Shown here piece by piece: positions 8,527 to 17,893 of a stretch of 32,000 nucleotides of DNA (positions are counted from its first letter, which is position 1; each line of letters starts with the position of its first letter). Position numbers and translations under genes: made by a program. The notes below the pieces were generated by a model. That model saw only the letters and a program-made list of their open reading frames with translations. It did not search any database and was not told the DNA's origin. Source of the stretch: Geotalea uraniireducens Rf4 (lineage in GTDB: Bacteria; Desulfobacterota; Desulfuromonadia; Geobacterales; Geobacteraceae); contig NC_009483.1 of NCBI RefSeq assembly GCF_000016745.1, positions 1,620,001 to 1,652,000 of the forward strand, written 5' to 3'.

Positions 8527-9831
8527 ATGCATGATCAACAACCACCCGCACAGCTGCAAAAGACGATTACCCTATGGAAAGGCCTGGCGCTTGCGGTCAG
8601 TACCGTAATCGGCTCCGGATTGCTCGGGCTGCCGGGTATGGCCTTGGAGATCGGAAATGTCCATACTGTGGTCGGCGGCTGGCTGCTCATCTCCCTGATG
8701 CTCATACCGCTGGTTTATATTTTTGCATACCTTGGGCTGACATTCACTTCTTCGGCCGGTCTATCAAAATATGCGCAGGTGAGTATCGGGGATTGGGGTG
8801 GTCATGCGGTTACCGCAGTTCTCTGTGGCACTTTCATGGTCGGGATTCCGGTTCTTGCCCTGATTGGCGGTGCTTATGCACAAAATATGTGCGGGTTCTC
8901 CGAGAATGCGGTTTTTGTGTTGGCGATCGGTATTCTGGTTTTATCGACCGGGTTTAATCTGCTGGGTGTGGCGGCAACAAACTGGATCAATACGGCTTCA
9001 TTGATAGCATTGGTTGCAATGACAGCGGTGATTGTCCTGTCGAACGCTTCCTTTTTTATCATCGGGATAAATACGTTTGGAGAAACCCTTGGCGGGAAAG
9101 GTCATCTAAACTATAACGACCTGTGGCGTACGGCAGCACTTTTGTTTTGGGCCTTCATAGGATGGGAGAATCTGTCGTTCAGTATGGAGGAATTCAAGAA
9201 TCCATCGAAGACGATTCCAGCTGTATACTGGATCAGTTTTGTCATAGTTATTGCGCTTTACATGGCCCTAACAATTACGAGTATCGGCGCCGAGGTTTCG
9301 GGAGTTTCCGTGAAGGGAGCATCAGGACTGGCATCATTGGTTAACCGGACGCCAATCGGTATGCTGCTAGTAGTAATAATGGTCGTAGTAATAACAGCAA
9401 ATGCTTGTGCGTGGGTTATGGGTGCAAGTCGACTTTATTATGCTTCTGGTAGAGATGGCATTTTACCCTCAATCATTGGAACGCTGACTAACAAAGGTAT
9501 TCCTCTTAACAGCTTACTGCTGTCACTTATGATTTATTCCGCAGTGATAATTGCGGCGTATCACTTTAAACTTCCGCCGGCAAACCTGGTATTGGTTGTC
9601 AGCCAAAACTTCCTGGTTCTTTATCTGATAAGCATCTTTGCATATTGGAAGACTGAACGTAGGAGCCGTAGATGGTTTATTACCGTGCTTGGTCTACTAT
9701 CATGTGCATTTCTCTTATCGGGATTTAGCTGGTGGATCCTCTATCCTGTATTTTTAGTTGGAGTCGGATATTGCAATTACTGCCGTATAAAGCTCAAGAC
9801 GGCGATTTATGAAAAGATCAGGCAAAGATGA
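8527..9831 (+). CDS. APC-superfamily (amino acid/polyamine-type) permease
   Basis: About 434 aa and about 12 TM helices. The N-terminal TLWKGLALAVSTVIGSGLLGLPG motif is typical of APC transporters. The ATG at 8527 is preferred over the GTG at 8524. Confidence 0.75.
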   Translation: MHDQQPPAQLQKTITLWKGLALAVSTVIGSGLLGLPGMALEIGNVHTVVGGWLLISLMLIPLVYIFAYLGLTFTSSAGLSKYAQVSIGDWGGHAVTAVLCGTFMVGIPVLALIGGAYAQNMCGFSENAVFVLAIGILVLSTGFNLLGVAATNWINTASLIALVAMTAVIVLSNASFFIIGINTFGETLGGKGHLNYNDLWRTAALLFWAFIGWENLSFSMEEFKNPSKTIPAVYWISFVIVIALYMALTITSIGAEVSGVSVKGASGLASLVNRTPIGMLLVVIMVVVITANACAWVMGASRLYYASGRDGILPSIIGTLTNKGIPLNSLLLSLMIYSAVIIAAYHFKLPPANLVLVVSQNFLVLYLISIFAYWKTERRSRRWFITVLGLLSCAFLLSGFSWWILYPVFLVGVGYCNYCRIKLKTAIYEKIRQR

Positions 9832-9895
9832 TAAGGTGGATAAAAAACCAAGGTTACAAGCATCTTGCAGTGCGATAATGCTGCGACCTTTGCCC

Positions 9896-10087
9896 CTAGC
9901 CCCCCTGATTAGCTTCAGCAGACCAAAAGCCCCTCGTCTTCCGATATCCCCAGGGTAAGCAGAAATTGATGATGTGCCTCCGGTGCCCGTCTTTCGAACT
10001 CGGTGGCCACCTCATCATGGCAGCATCATCCATACCAGCAGCCCGAAGCTTGTCATTCCAGGCCTTCTTATCAATTGGTATCAACAT
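9896..10087 (-). pseudogene. small ORF that appears frameshifted (helical N-half and C-half lie in different frames)
   Basis: Frame A from ATG 10087 reads MLIPIDKKAWNDKLRAAGMDDAAMMRW and then low-complexity R/W/G-rich sequence. A second frame continues protein-like as TEFERRAPEAHHQFLLTLGISEDEGLLVC* and stops at 9914-9916. There is no clear SD. Confidence 0.3.
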
Positions 10088-10096
10088 CGCGTGAAT

Positions 10097-10127
10097 AAAA
10101 AAAGCAGCCGTGCAGGCTGCTTTTTTT
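10097..10127 (-). terminator. bidirectional-type intrinsic terminator downstream of lpxC
   Basis: AAAAAAA-GCAGCC-gtgca-GGCTGC-TTTTTTT, 23 nt after the lpxC stop codon. Confidence 0.8.
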
Positions 10128-10149
10128 ACGGAGTATGTGAGTGCTGTGT

Positions 10150-11073
10150 TCAACAGGCTTCCAGCCAGGCCATTTCGGGGAGACTGATAGGGAATGACGC
10201 TGTTTTGTTTTCGGGGGGTGTCAGCTCCATCAGGCTCCAGCAATCGGAGCGGGAAAGGAGTTCGGTGATGAATTTATGGTTCAGCTCGTGTCCTGATTTG
10301 CAGGCCTTCACATGGCCGACGAGATGAACGCCGGCAAGGGCGAAGTCACCAATCGAATCGAGGATCTTGTGGCGGACAAATTCGTCGGTAAAACGGAGCC
10401 CCTCCGGATTCACTATGCCGTTGTCATCAATGCCAACGGCGTTTTCCAGTGAAGCCCCCAAGGCGAGCCCGTGTGCCATGAGCGCCTCTATTTCGGCAAG
10501 GAAACCGAAGGTCCTGGCCGGGGAGAAATCATCGGCGAAGGATTCCCGGTCGAACTTCATGGTCCTGAACTGGCGGTTTATAACCGGATGGTTGAAATGC
10601 ATGTCGAATGATATCCGGTAGTAGCGGGAGGGGAGGACGGTGATCCTCTTGTCGCCGTCTCTGATGGTCACCGGCTTTTTTACCACCAGGTATTTGCGTG
10701 ATTTGGACAAGGATTTTGATCCGGCGTTTCTTATACCCTCGACGAATGGGGCTGCGCTGCCGTCCATGATCGGCACTTCAGGGCCGTTGATATCCACATG
10801 GGCGTTGTCGATGCCGCAGCTGAAGAGGGCGGCCATGAGATGCTCGATGGTGGAAACCGCTGCGCCGTTTTTGCCGATAGTTGTGGAAAGCCTGGTGCTT
10901 ACGACATTTTCCGTCCTAGCTTCGATGGAAACAGGCGGAGTCGTGTCAATGCGGTGGAAAACTATGCCGTTTCCTGCATCAGCAGGGCGAAGCGTCAGAG
11001 TGATCTCTTTTCCCGAGTGCAGTCCGATGCCGCTGAACGCCACTTTATTTTTCAATGTCTGTTGAAAGGCCAT
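10150..11073 (-). CDS. lpxC: UDP-3-O-acyl-N-acetylglucosamine deacetylase LpxC
   Basis: MAFQQTLKNKVAFSGIGLHSGKEITLTLRPA... matches the LpxC N-terminus. AAGGAG precedes the ATG at 11073. HKF/HEL and D..GD motifs are present. Confidence 0.9.
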   Translation of the reverse strand: MAFQQTLKNKVAFSGIGLHSGKEITLTLRPADAGNGIVFHRIDTTPPVSIEARTENVVSTRLSTTIGKNGAAVSTIEHLMAALFSCGIDNAHVDINGPEVPIMDGSAAPFVEGIRNAGSKSLSKSRKYLVVKKPVTIRDGDKRITVLPSRYYRISFDMHFNHPVINRQFRTMKFDRESFADDFSPARTFGFLAEIEALMAHGLALGASLENAVGIDDNGIVNPEGLRFTDEFVRHKILDSIGDFALAGVHLVGHVKACKSGHELNHKFITELLSRSDCWSLMELTPPENKTASFPISLPEMAWLEAC

Positions 11074-11263
11074 GCCAGGCTCCTTTAGCAATATAGTCAG
11101 TATACTTATTATTTAGCAAATTCTGAGCCAATATGCAAGAGTGGCGATTAACCAGTCAAATTAGGTGGTTAGCGACTGTGGTAAGGTTGTGGGGTAGGAG
11201 AATGGACAAGTGTGTGTTGCAAAAACGACGCTATTGTTGCGAAAATGCAACAGTGCTGGGGGG

Positions 11264-12949
11264 CTAGAGCCGGCCGGAACGAATGATGGCTATCACCCAC
11301 CAAAAGCCGATCAGGCCCGCGATGGTATAGCCGAGGAAGGCGAATGCAGGAAAATCCATAATGAGGGGGCCCTTGTTTGTCTGCATGACGATGGACGAGC
11401 CGATGATGAGGGCAGCGATAATAAGACTGAAGGAGAGCCGGTTGATGGATTTGTCCAATTCCTTGCTGAAGTGGTCGAGTCCGCGGTGTTCCAGGTCGAT
11501 CTTGAACTTGTTGCGGTTGAGGCGGTGCAGTATCTCCCGCAGTTCTCGCGGCAGGCTTTTGGTGAGGTTGACATAGGACATGACCATGCTGCCTATGTCC
11601 TTGGCAAAGCGGCCGGGAGCCATCTTTTCCCTGATCGCTTGTTCCATGAACGGCCGGAGGTGTTCCACCATGTCGAAATCGGGGTCCAGTTCACGCCCCA
11701 TACCTTCGACAATGACGAGCGACTTGGTAAGGAGCATCAGGTCGGGCTGGAACTTTATATGGAAGGTGGTGATAATGTCGATGAACTCCGCCAGCATCTT
11801 ACCGACTTCTATATCCTGAAGCGGGATTTCGTAATAGCTGTCGATGAATTCGGACAGATCCCTCTTCAGCGCCCTCGTGTTGAGGTTCTCGCTGATTTCG
11901 CCCGAATAGGTAAGCAAGGAGATCACTTCGTCAACGTCCCGTTTGAGGATGGCCAGAAGGATGTCGGTCAGATAAACCTTCAACTGGGCGTCCAGACGCC
12001 CCACTATGCCGTAGTCCAGAAGGCAGATCACGTTGCCCGGCAGAATCAGCACATTGCCGGGATGTGGGTCGCCATGGAAAAAGCCGTGCTCCAGCACCAT
12101 TTTCAGGAAGGCGTCTGCTCCGCGTCTGGCGATGAGTTTCCTGTCGAGTCCGGTGCGCTCGATGGCGGCAAGGTCGTTGACCTTGATGCCATTGATGTAC
12201 TCCATGGTCAGCACGCCTTTGCCGGTCTCCTGCCAGTATACCTTCGGAAAGTGCAGGGTCGCGTCGCCGCCGAAGTTGTCGCGGATCTTTTCAATGGTGT
12301 GCCCCTCGCGGGAAAAATCCATTTCCCGGCGGATGGTACGGGCGAACTCCTTGACCAGACCGACCGGATCGTAGATGTCACTCCCCGGCATATGGCGCTC
12401 CATGAGGAGCGCCAGCCCCATCAGGACGTCGATGTCGGTTTCGATGACTTCCACGACACCGGGGCGGCGCACCTTTACCACGACATCCTCGCCGGATATC
12501 AGACGCGCCCGATGGACCTGGGCGATAGAGGCAGCGGCAATGGCAACGGGCTCAAGGTAAGAGAAGAAATTTTCAGCCGCTTTCCCTAACTCCAGCCGGA
12601 TCTGCGTCTTGACTTCCTCAAAGGGGAAGGACGGGACATTGTCCTGCAGTTTGGCGAATTCATCGACAAAGTTTCGAGGGATTACGTCCGGGCGGGTGGA
12701 GAGGACCTGGCCGAGCTTGATAAAGGAAGGCCCCAGTTCTTCCAGGGCAAGCCTCATGCGCTCCGCCGGAGAAAGCTGGGCAATGGTTGACCCGTTGCGG
12801 CGCAGAACTCTCCGGCTCCTGGCAACGAATTGCGAGAGGTTGAAATATTCCAGCAAGTGATCAAAGCCGTACTTGATCAGGATTTTTACGATCTGCCGGT
12901 AACGCCTGATGCTGCGGATATTGCGGTTTAACTGGATAATGTTCAGCAT
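11264..12949 (-). CDS. ubiB: ABC1/UbiB-family atypical kinase with C-terminal TM helices
   Basis: 561 aa. LGPSFIKLGQVLSTRPDVIP, AAASIAQVHRA and HGDPHPGNV are ABC1-kinase signatures. Confidence 0.85.
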   Translation of the reverse strand: MLNIIQLNRNIRSIRRYRQIVKILIKYGFDHLLEYFNLSQFVARSRRVLRRNGSTIAQLSPAERMRLALEELGPSFIKLGQVLSTRPDVIPRNFVDEFAKLQDNVPSFPFEEVKTQIRLELGKAAENFFSYLEPVAIAAASIAQVHRARLISGEDVVVKVRRPGVVEVIETDIDVLMGLALLMERHMPGSDIYDPVGLVKEFARTIRREMDFSREGHTIEKIRDNFGGDATLHFPKVYWQETGKGVLTMEYINGIKVNDLAAIERTGLDRKLIARRGADAFLKMVLEHGFFHGDPHPGNVLILPGNVICLLDYGIVGRLDAQLKVYLTDILLAILKRDVDEVISLLTYSGEISENLNTRALKRDLSEFIDSYYEIPLQDIEVGKMLAEFIDIITTFHIKFQPDLMLLTKSLVIVEGMGRELDPDFDMVEHLRPFMEQAIREKMAPGRFAKDIGSMVMSYVNLTKSLPRELREILHRLNRNKFKIDLEHRGLDHFSKELDKSINRLSFSLIIAALIIGSSIVMQTNKGPLIMDFPAFAFLGYTIAGLIGFWWVIAIIRSGRL

Positions 12950-13260
12950 TCAGACCCCGGTTCGTTTTCCGTTAGCGTGCTTTCCAGCGCCTCGACGCGC
13001 TTTTGCAGACGGTCGAACTCATCGCGGGGGACCAGACCGATCCGCTCGATGACCTTTTTTACTTCGTTTTCGGCGATCTCCGTGATCCGTTCCCTGCTGT
13101 CTTTGGCCATTACCTGGATCTTGTCCAGAATCGCCTTTCCCTCTTCCTCACTCAACTTATACTTCTCCTTCATTTCCGTTACCAGTTCTTCCGCTTTTTT
13201 CTGTGTCATGGATACTGCGCCGAGCCCTGTCAATAAAGCTTTTTCCAAGAGTTCAAACAT
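12943..13260 (-). CDS. phasin-like coiled-coil protein (COG3937-type), translationally coupled to ubiB
   Basis: 105 aa. LEKALLTGLGAVSMTQKKAEELV and VPRDEFDRLQKRVEALE. It overlaps the ubiB start by 7 nt. Confidence 0.6.
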   Translation of the reverse strand: MFELLEKALLTGLGAVSMTQKKAEELVTEMKEKYKLSEEEGKAILDKIQVMAKDSRERITEIAENEVKKVIERIGLVPRDEFDRLQKRVEALESTLTENEPGSEC

Positions 13261-13352
13261 ATCGGCCTCCGTATTTGGGGTATTTACCGTTAAAAGGTAA
13301 CAGAAAAGCTGGAGATTTCAAGGGGGAAAGGAGTCTGCCCATGGTTTACCGC

Positions 13353-13565
13353 TTACCGTCTGAACAGCCAGAGGATGAACGAGAGGATAACAGAGATGAG
13401 GATGCTGGTGGCAAGAGGAAAGTAAAAGGTGAAATTATCCCGCTTGATATAGATGTCGCCGGGAAGCCGCCCCAGCCAGGGAAGCCTGCCGGCGAGGGTA
13501 AAAATGATGCCGATGGCGGCGATGATGAGCCCCAGAATGATAAGGAATTTGCCGATACCGGGCAT
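13353..13565 (-). CDS. DUF2905-family small membrane protein
   Basis: 70 aa. GRLPGDIYIKRDNFTFYFPLATSILISV is the characteristic motif. Confidence 0.7.
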   Translation of the reverse strand: MPGIGKFLIILGLIIAAIGIIFTLAGRLPWLGRLPGDIYIKRDNFTFYFPLATSILISVILSFILWLFRR

Positions 13566-13578
13566 ATCAGTTCCCTTC

Positions 13579-14118
13579 TTACCGAGAGGGTTGCAACGCG
13601 TAACGCTCTTTTTCGCTGTAAATACAGCCGCAGTACTGTTGGCGATAGAGTCCCATCGTTTTAGAGATTTCTATGCCCTCCTTCCATCCCCGGCGGTAAT
13701 CGTCATAGTGGAAGGAAACGCCGTACTTTATGCCGAACCGTTCCCCAAGCTCTTTGATTGCATCATGTTTCTGATACCTGCTGTAGAGCAAAGAAGAAGA
13801 GTAGGCGTCGAAGCCGAGTTCCGCAGCCGTGGCTGCAACGGCTTCCAGTCGGGAGCTGTAGCAGTAGAGACAGCGTTCACCGGGGGTGGCGGCAACGGCT
13901 TCCAGGAAATCCTCCAGGCGGTATTCATCCCTGTAGATGACCTCCAGGTCGATTTTTTCCGCATATTCACCTACCGTATCCAGACGTTTCCGGTATTCCG
14001 TATATGGATGGATATTGTGGTTGAAGAAAAAACCGGTTACTTCCATGCAGTTGGAGCGCATTTCCTTGACCGGATAAATGGCGCACGGTGCACAGCAGAT
14101 GTGGAGGAGAATCTTCAT
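13579..14118 (-). CDS. queH: epoxyqueuosine reductase QueH (DUF208)
   Basis: 179 aa. MKILLHICCAPCAIYP, ERCLYCY and QQYCGCIYSEKERY are Cys motifs typical of QueH. Confidence 0.85.
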   Translation of the reverse strand: MKILLHICCAPCAIYPVKEMRSNCMEVTGFFFNHNIHPYTEYRKRLDTVGEYAEKIDLEVIYRDEYRLEDFLEAVAATPGERCLYCYSSRLEAVAATAAELGFDAYSSSLLYSRYQKHDAIKELGERFGIKYGVSFHYDDYRRGWKEGIEISKTMGLYRQQYCGCIYSEKERYALQPSR

Positions 14119-14230
14119 GCGGATAGGTTCCTTGTGATCCGAAATACCGGGCAGTCAGCGTATTGGACAGAGGTAAATGTAACGTGACGACGGGGACAAA
14201 GCAAATATTTTTTACATGGACGCGGGTTAC

Positions 14231-14662
14231 TTAAATGTCCAGAATGACAACCGCGTGCCAGCCGCTGTCGGTCTTTTCCAGGGTGAAGCGGTGGAGGGTC
14301 ACCGCCTTGACATCGACAAGGAGGGGATGTTTTTTCGGATTGATCTTCTCACCGTAGGCAATGGCCTTCGCGTTGAATTTACCGCCGTCTTCAGTGATGC
14401 TCACAGATTTGACCCGCAACAAAAGGCATCGGGCGTCTTTGAGGAAGACCAGTTCACTGAGGAAATTGTAGAGCAGCAGGTCAAGGTCGGTGTGTTCCGT
14501 TTCAAAGGCCACGGTTTCTTCGCTGCCGATGCTGGCCAGCTCTTCCACCATGGTGTTCATGACCGCGTCGCCAGCGGCAACGAAGAGCTCTTCGATGGTG
14601 TCGCCGAAGGCCTCGAACGCCACATCCGCCACGGCTATGTGCTCAAGATAACGATACGGCAT
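14231..14662 (-). CDS. archease (RtcB activator)
   Basis: 143 aa. YRYLEHIAVADVAFEAFGDTIEELF and VKAVTLHRF are archease signatures. It lies immediately downstream of rtcB. Confidence 0.85.
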   Translation of the reverse strand: MPYRYLEHIAVADVAFEAFGDTIEELFVAAGDAVMNTMVEELASIGSEETVAFETEHTDLDLLLYNFLSELVFLKDARCLLLRVKSVSITEDGGKFNAKAIAYGEKINPKKHPLLVDVKAVTLHRFTLEKTDSGWHAVVILDI

Positions 14663-14670
14663 CGGTCGGT

Positions 14671-16128
14671 TTATCCCTTGATGTTGCCGACCGGCACGAG
14701 ACGCACGACCCGCTTGCTCAGTCCCGCCAGCTCGGTGGCTGCCACCACATCATCGATGTCCTTGTAGGCTGCGCCCGCTTCCTCGGCCAGTCCCCCCCAG
14801 GAGTCGGTGCGCACGTAAATGCCGCGTTCTTCCATGTCCCTTTGCAGTTTTTGTCCCCTGATCATCTTTTTCGCCTGGTGTCGGCTCATGGTACGCCCGC
14901 TGCCGTGGGCGGTGGAAAAAAATGTCTCGGCGCCGCTCTTCATGCCGGCCAGAAGATAGGAACCCGTTTCCATGCTGCCGCCTATAATCACCGGCTGGCC
15001 GGTTTCCCGGTAGCAATCGGGAATGCCCTCCATGCCGGGGCCGAAGGCCCGCGTCGACCCTTTGCGGTGGATGAGGACCTCGCGTTTCTTGCCGGCAACG
15101 GTGTGTTTTTCCAGTTTGGCGGTGTTGTGGGCCACGTCGTAGACCATCCGCATCCCCAGCTCTTCAGGGTCCTTGTGGAAGACGGCGGAGAAGACCTCGC
15201 GGATCCGGTGGAGGATCACCTGGCGGTTGGCGAAGGCCATGTTGACGGCGCATTTCATGGCGGCGAAGTAATCCTGTCCCTCGGGTGAGTGGAACGGGGC
15301 GCAGGAAAGTTCCCGATCAAGCACCTTGATGCCGTACTTCCTCTCCATGACGCCGAGAAAAATCTGCAGGTAGTCGGTTGCCACCTGGTGACCGAAGCCG
15401 CGGCTGCCGCAGTGGAACATGATCGCCACCTGGTTCGGGATGGTGAAGCCGAAGGCGCGGGCCGTTTCCTCGTCGTAGATGTTTTCCGGCCTGGCCACCT
15501 GGATCTCGCAGTAATGGTTGCCGGAGCCGAGGGTTCCAACCTGGTCGTATCCCCGTTCGATCGCCTTGTGGCTGACCTTCGAGGCGTCGGCCCCCGGAAA
15601 ACAGCCCCCTTCCTCGGTCATCTCCAGGTCTTCGGGCCAGGCATAGCCGTGTTTCAGGCACCAGCGCGAGCCCTGTTCGACGACGTTCCTGAACTCGTCC
15701 TGCGAGCATCTGACGAAACCGGTGCAGCCAACACCGGTGGGAATCCGGTAGAAGAGGGCGTCAACCAGTTCGCGCAGGTGAGGTTTTACTTCATCGTAGG
15801 TGAGGTTGGTGAGCACGAGCCGCATGCCGCAGTTGATGTCGAAGCCGATGCCGCCGGGAGAGATTACCCCGGTTTCCGGGTCCATGGCCGCGACGCCGCC
15901 GATGGGGAAACCGTATCCCCAGTGCCCGTCCGGCATGCAGTAGGCGTAGTTGATGATGCCTGGTAGACAGGCGACGTTGGTTACCTGGTCGAAAACACCC
16001 GCATCCATGGTGCCAATGAGTTTTTCCGTCGCTATAATCCGCGCCGGCACCAGCATCCCTGCTTTATAGGAGGTGGGCAGTTCCCAGACCGTGTCGGATA
16101 TCTTTTTTATGGCAGATGGTATCGTCAT
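14671..16128 (-). CDS. rtcB: RNA-splicing ligase RtcB
   Basis: ORF 14671..16167. GGGAGGG favours ATG at 16128. MPDGHWGYGFPIGGVAA, GFDINCGMR, GSGNHY, HCGSRGFGHQ and AHGSGR motifs are present. Confidence 0.92.
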   Translation of the reverse strand: MTIPSAIKKISDTVWELPTSYKAGMLVPARIIATEKLIGTMDAGVFDQVTNVACLPGIINYAYCMPDGHWGYGFPIGGVAAMDPETGVISPGGIGFDINCGMRLVLTNLTYDEVKPHLRELVDALFYRIPTGVGCTGFVRCSQDEFRNVVEQGSRWCLKHGYAWPEDLEMTEEGGCFPGADASKVSHKAIERGYDQVGTLGSGNHYCEIQVARPENIYDEETARAFGFTIPNQVAIMFHCGSRGFGHQVATDYLQIFLGVMERKYGIKVLDRELSCAPFHSPEGQDYFAAMKCAVNMAFANRQVILHRIREVFSAVFHKDPEELGMRMVYDVAHNTAKLEKHTVAGKKREVLIHRKGSTRAFGPGMEGIPDCYRETGQPVIIGGSMETGSYLLAGMKSGAETFFSTAHGSGRTMSRHQAKKMIRGQKLQRDMEERGIYVRTDSWGGLAEEAGAAYKDIDDVVAATELAGLSKRVVRLVPVGNIKG

Positions 16129-16188
16129 GTATCCCTCCCGCCCAGCTGATTTTCTCAATTCTACCATAAATGACGGTGAATTGGTTTT

Positions 16189-17580
16189 TCAGCTACCTTC
16201 TCTTATTTTCCGTACTTTGAAGAAGCGCCCCTTGATCTTATTGCCGGTCAGGCAGGAGAGGGCCTGGTCGGCACTTGACCGGACGATCGCCACGTAGGCG
16301 TGGAAATCGAAGACGTCGATCTTGCCCACCTCGCTCGCCGCTATCCCTCCCGCGCCGGTCAGGGCGCCGAGGATGTCGCCGGGGCGCATTTTGTTTTTGC
16401 GCCCGCCGTCGATGCAGAGCGTCACCATGGGGGGCGCAAGGGGCCCGCCCGCAGCGATGGTCAGCGACGCCAGCTCCCCACGGGGGATGGGGGTGCCGAG
16501 AGCCGTTTCGATTGCCTGCACCCGCCGGCTTTCCTGCGCCGTCACCAGGCTTAAGCCCAGCCCCGTTTCGCCGGCGCGCCCGGTACGGCCGATGCGGTGG
16601 ATATGAATCTCCGGGTCGCGGGAGAGCTCATAGTTGATGACCGCAGCGAGTTCCTTGATGTCGAGGCCGCGTGCGGCCACATCGGTGGCCACCAGCACCG
16701 AAACACTCTTGTTGGCAAAGCGCACCAGCACCTGATCGCGTTCCCGCTGTTCCAGGTCGCCATGGATGGCCAGCGCCGAGAAGCCCCGCTTGACCAGTGC
16801 ATCGGCCACCTCCTGGCATTCTATTTTCGTGTTGCAGAAGACCAGGGTCGATTCCGGGCGATAGTGACCGAGAATGCGGGCCACGGCTTCTGTCCGCTCC
16901 TCCTTATCCACCTCATAGAGAACCTGCTCGATAGCGCTTTCGTCATGCACTTCATCGACACTGACTGCGACCGGTTCGTGCTGGATCGTCGCGCTCATGG
17001 CGGCAATCGCCTCGGGGTAGGTGGCGGAGAAGAGCAGGGTCTGCTTCTTTTTCGGGGTGGCGTCAATCAGGGCGCTGATCTCGTCCTGAAACCCCATGTC
17101 GAGCATGCGGTCGGCTTCGTCCAGGACCAGCGTCTGCAGGCAGGTCAGGTCGAGACTCCCCCGGCGCAGATGATCCAGGATGCGGCCGGGCGTACCGACG
17201 ACGATATGGGCGCCATGTTCCAGCGAGCCGAGCTGGGGGCCGAAGGGGACGCCGCCGCACAGGGTCAGGACCTTGATGTTATCGGTAAACCGGGCCAGGC
17301 GCCGCAGTTCCTTGCCCACCTGGTCGGCCAGTTCCCTGGTTGGGCAGAGCACCAGCGCCTGCACGCGGGAGGAGGTGGCATCCAGGTGCGACAAGAGGCC
17401 GATACCGAAGGCGGCGGTCTTGCCACTGCCGGTCTTGGCCTTGGCGATTACGTCCTTGCCCGCGAGAATCAGCGGCAGGCTGTGGGCCTGAATCGGCGTC
17501 ATCTCGGCATAGCCGAGTGAGGCGAGGTTCTTGAGCATGTGGATTTTTAAGTGGAGTGATGAAAATGCTTTAGGGGTCAT
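16189..17580 (-). CDS. dbpA: DEAD-box ATP-dependent RNA helicase DbpA
   Basis: AKTGSGKTAAF, DEAD, SAT and HRIGRTGRAG motifs. The C-terminal DbpA-type RNA-binding domain reads GGRKNKMRPGDILGALTG...KGRFFKVR. The start is probably ATG 17580 (MTPKAFSSL). Confidence 0.88.
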   Translation of the reverse strand: MTPKAFSSLHLKIHMLKNLASLGYAEMTPIQAHSLPLILAGKDVIAKAKTGSGKTAAFGIGLLSHLDATSSRVQALVLCPTRELADQVGKELRRLARFTDNIKVLTLCGGVPFGPQLGSLEHGAHIVVGTPGRILDHLRRGSLDLTCLQTLVLDEADRMLDMGFQDEISALIDATPKKKQTLLFSATYPEAIAAMSATIQHEPVAVSVDEVHDESAIEQVLYEVDKEERTEAVARILGHYRPESTLVFCNTKIECQEVADALVKRGFSALAIHGDLEQRERDQVLVRFANKSVSVLVATDVAARGLDIKELAAVINYELSRDPEIHIHRIGRTGRAGETGLGLSLVTAQESRRVQAIETALGTPIPRGELASLTIAAGGPLAPPMVTLCIDGGRKNKMRPGDILGALTGAGGIAASEVGKIDVFDFHAYVAIVRSSADQALSCLTGNKIKGRFFKVRKIREGS

Positions 17581-17623
17581 GGAATACTCGTCGGTAAGGT
17601 GGGAAGGGGACATGGGTCGGAAA

Positions 17624-17893
17624 TTAATGGCTCTCGTGCAGTTTTTCGCTGAGCCAGATCTTGATCAGCGATTGATAGGGCACGTCGCGGCTGTTGGCGG
17701 CGGACTTGATGCTTTCCAACAGTGAAACCGGCAGACGCAGGGAGATAGACTGGGTGGTCGGCTTGAGGTTGGGGAGCGTGACCCGTTTTGCCTGTGACCA
17801 GTCAACGTACTCTGTTGAGTCGTGCTGTTCCCAAAATGTCCTCTCTTCAGCTTCCGAAGAAAATGCCGGAACTTCCTTACGCTTCCTGTTCAT
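17624..17893 (-). CDS. brnA: BrnA-family antitoxin
   Basis: 89 aa. FWEQHDSTEYVDW plus a C-terminal ribbon-helix-helix-like segment (ISLRLPVSLLESIKSAANSRDVPYQSLIKIWL). It overlaps brnT by 17 nt. Confidence 0.8.
   Translation of the reverse strand: MNRKRKEVPAFSSEAEERTFWEQHDSTEYVDWSQAKRVTLPNLKPTTQSISLRLPVSLLESIKSAANSRDVPYQSLIKIWLSEKLHESH

Noticed and set aside
11210-12589. 459-aa + strand ORF opposite the ubiB-like gene
   Set aside because: It is antisense to a gene with clear ABC1-kinase motifs. The composition (D/H/G/V-rich, no recognisable motifs) is typical of shadow ORFs in GC-rich coding DNA.
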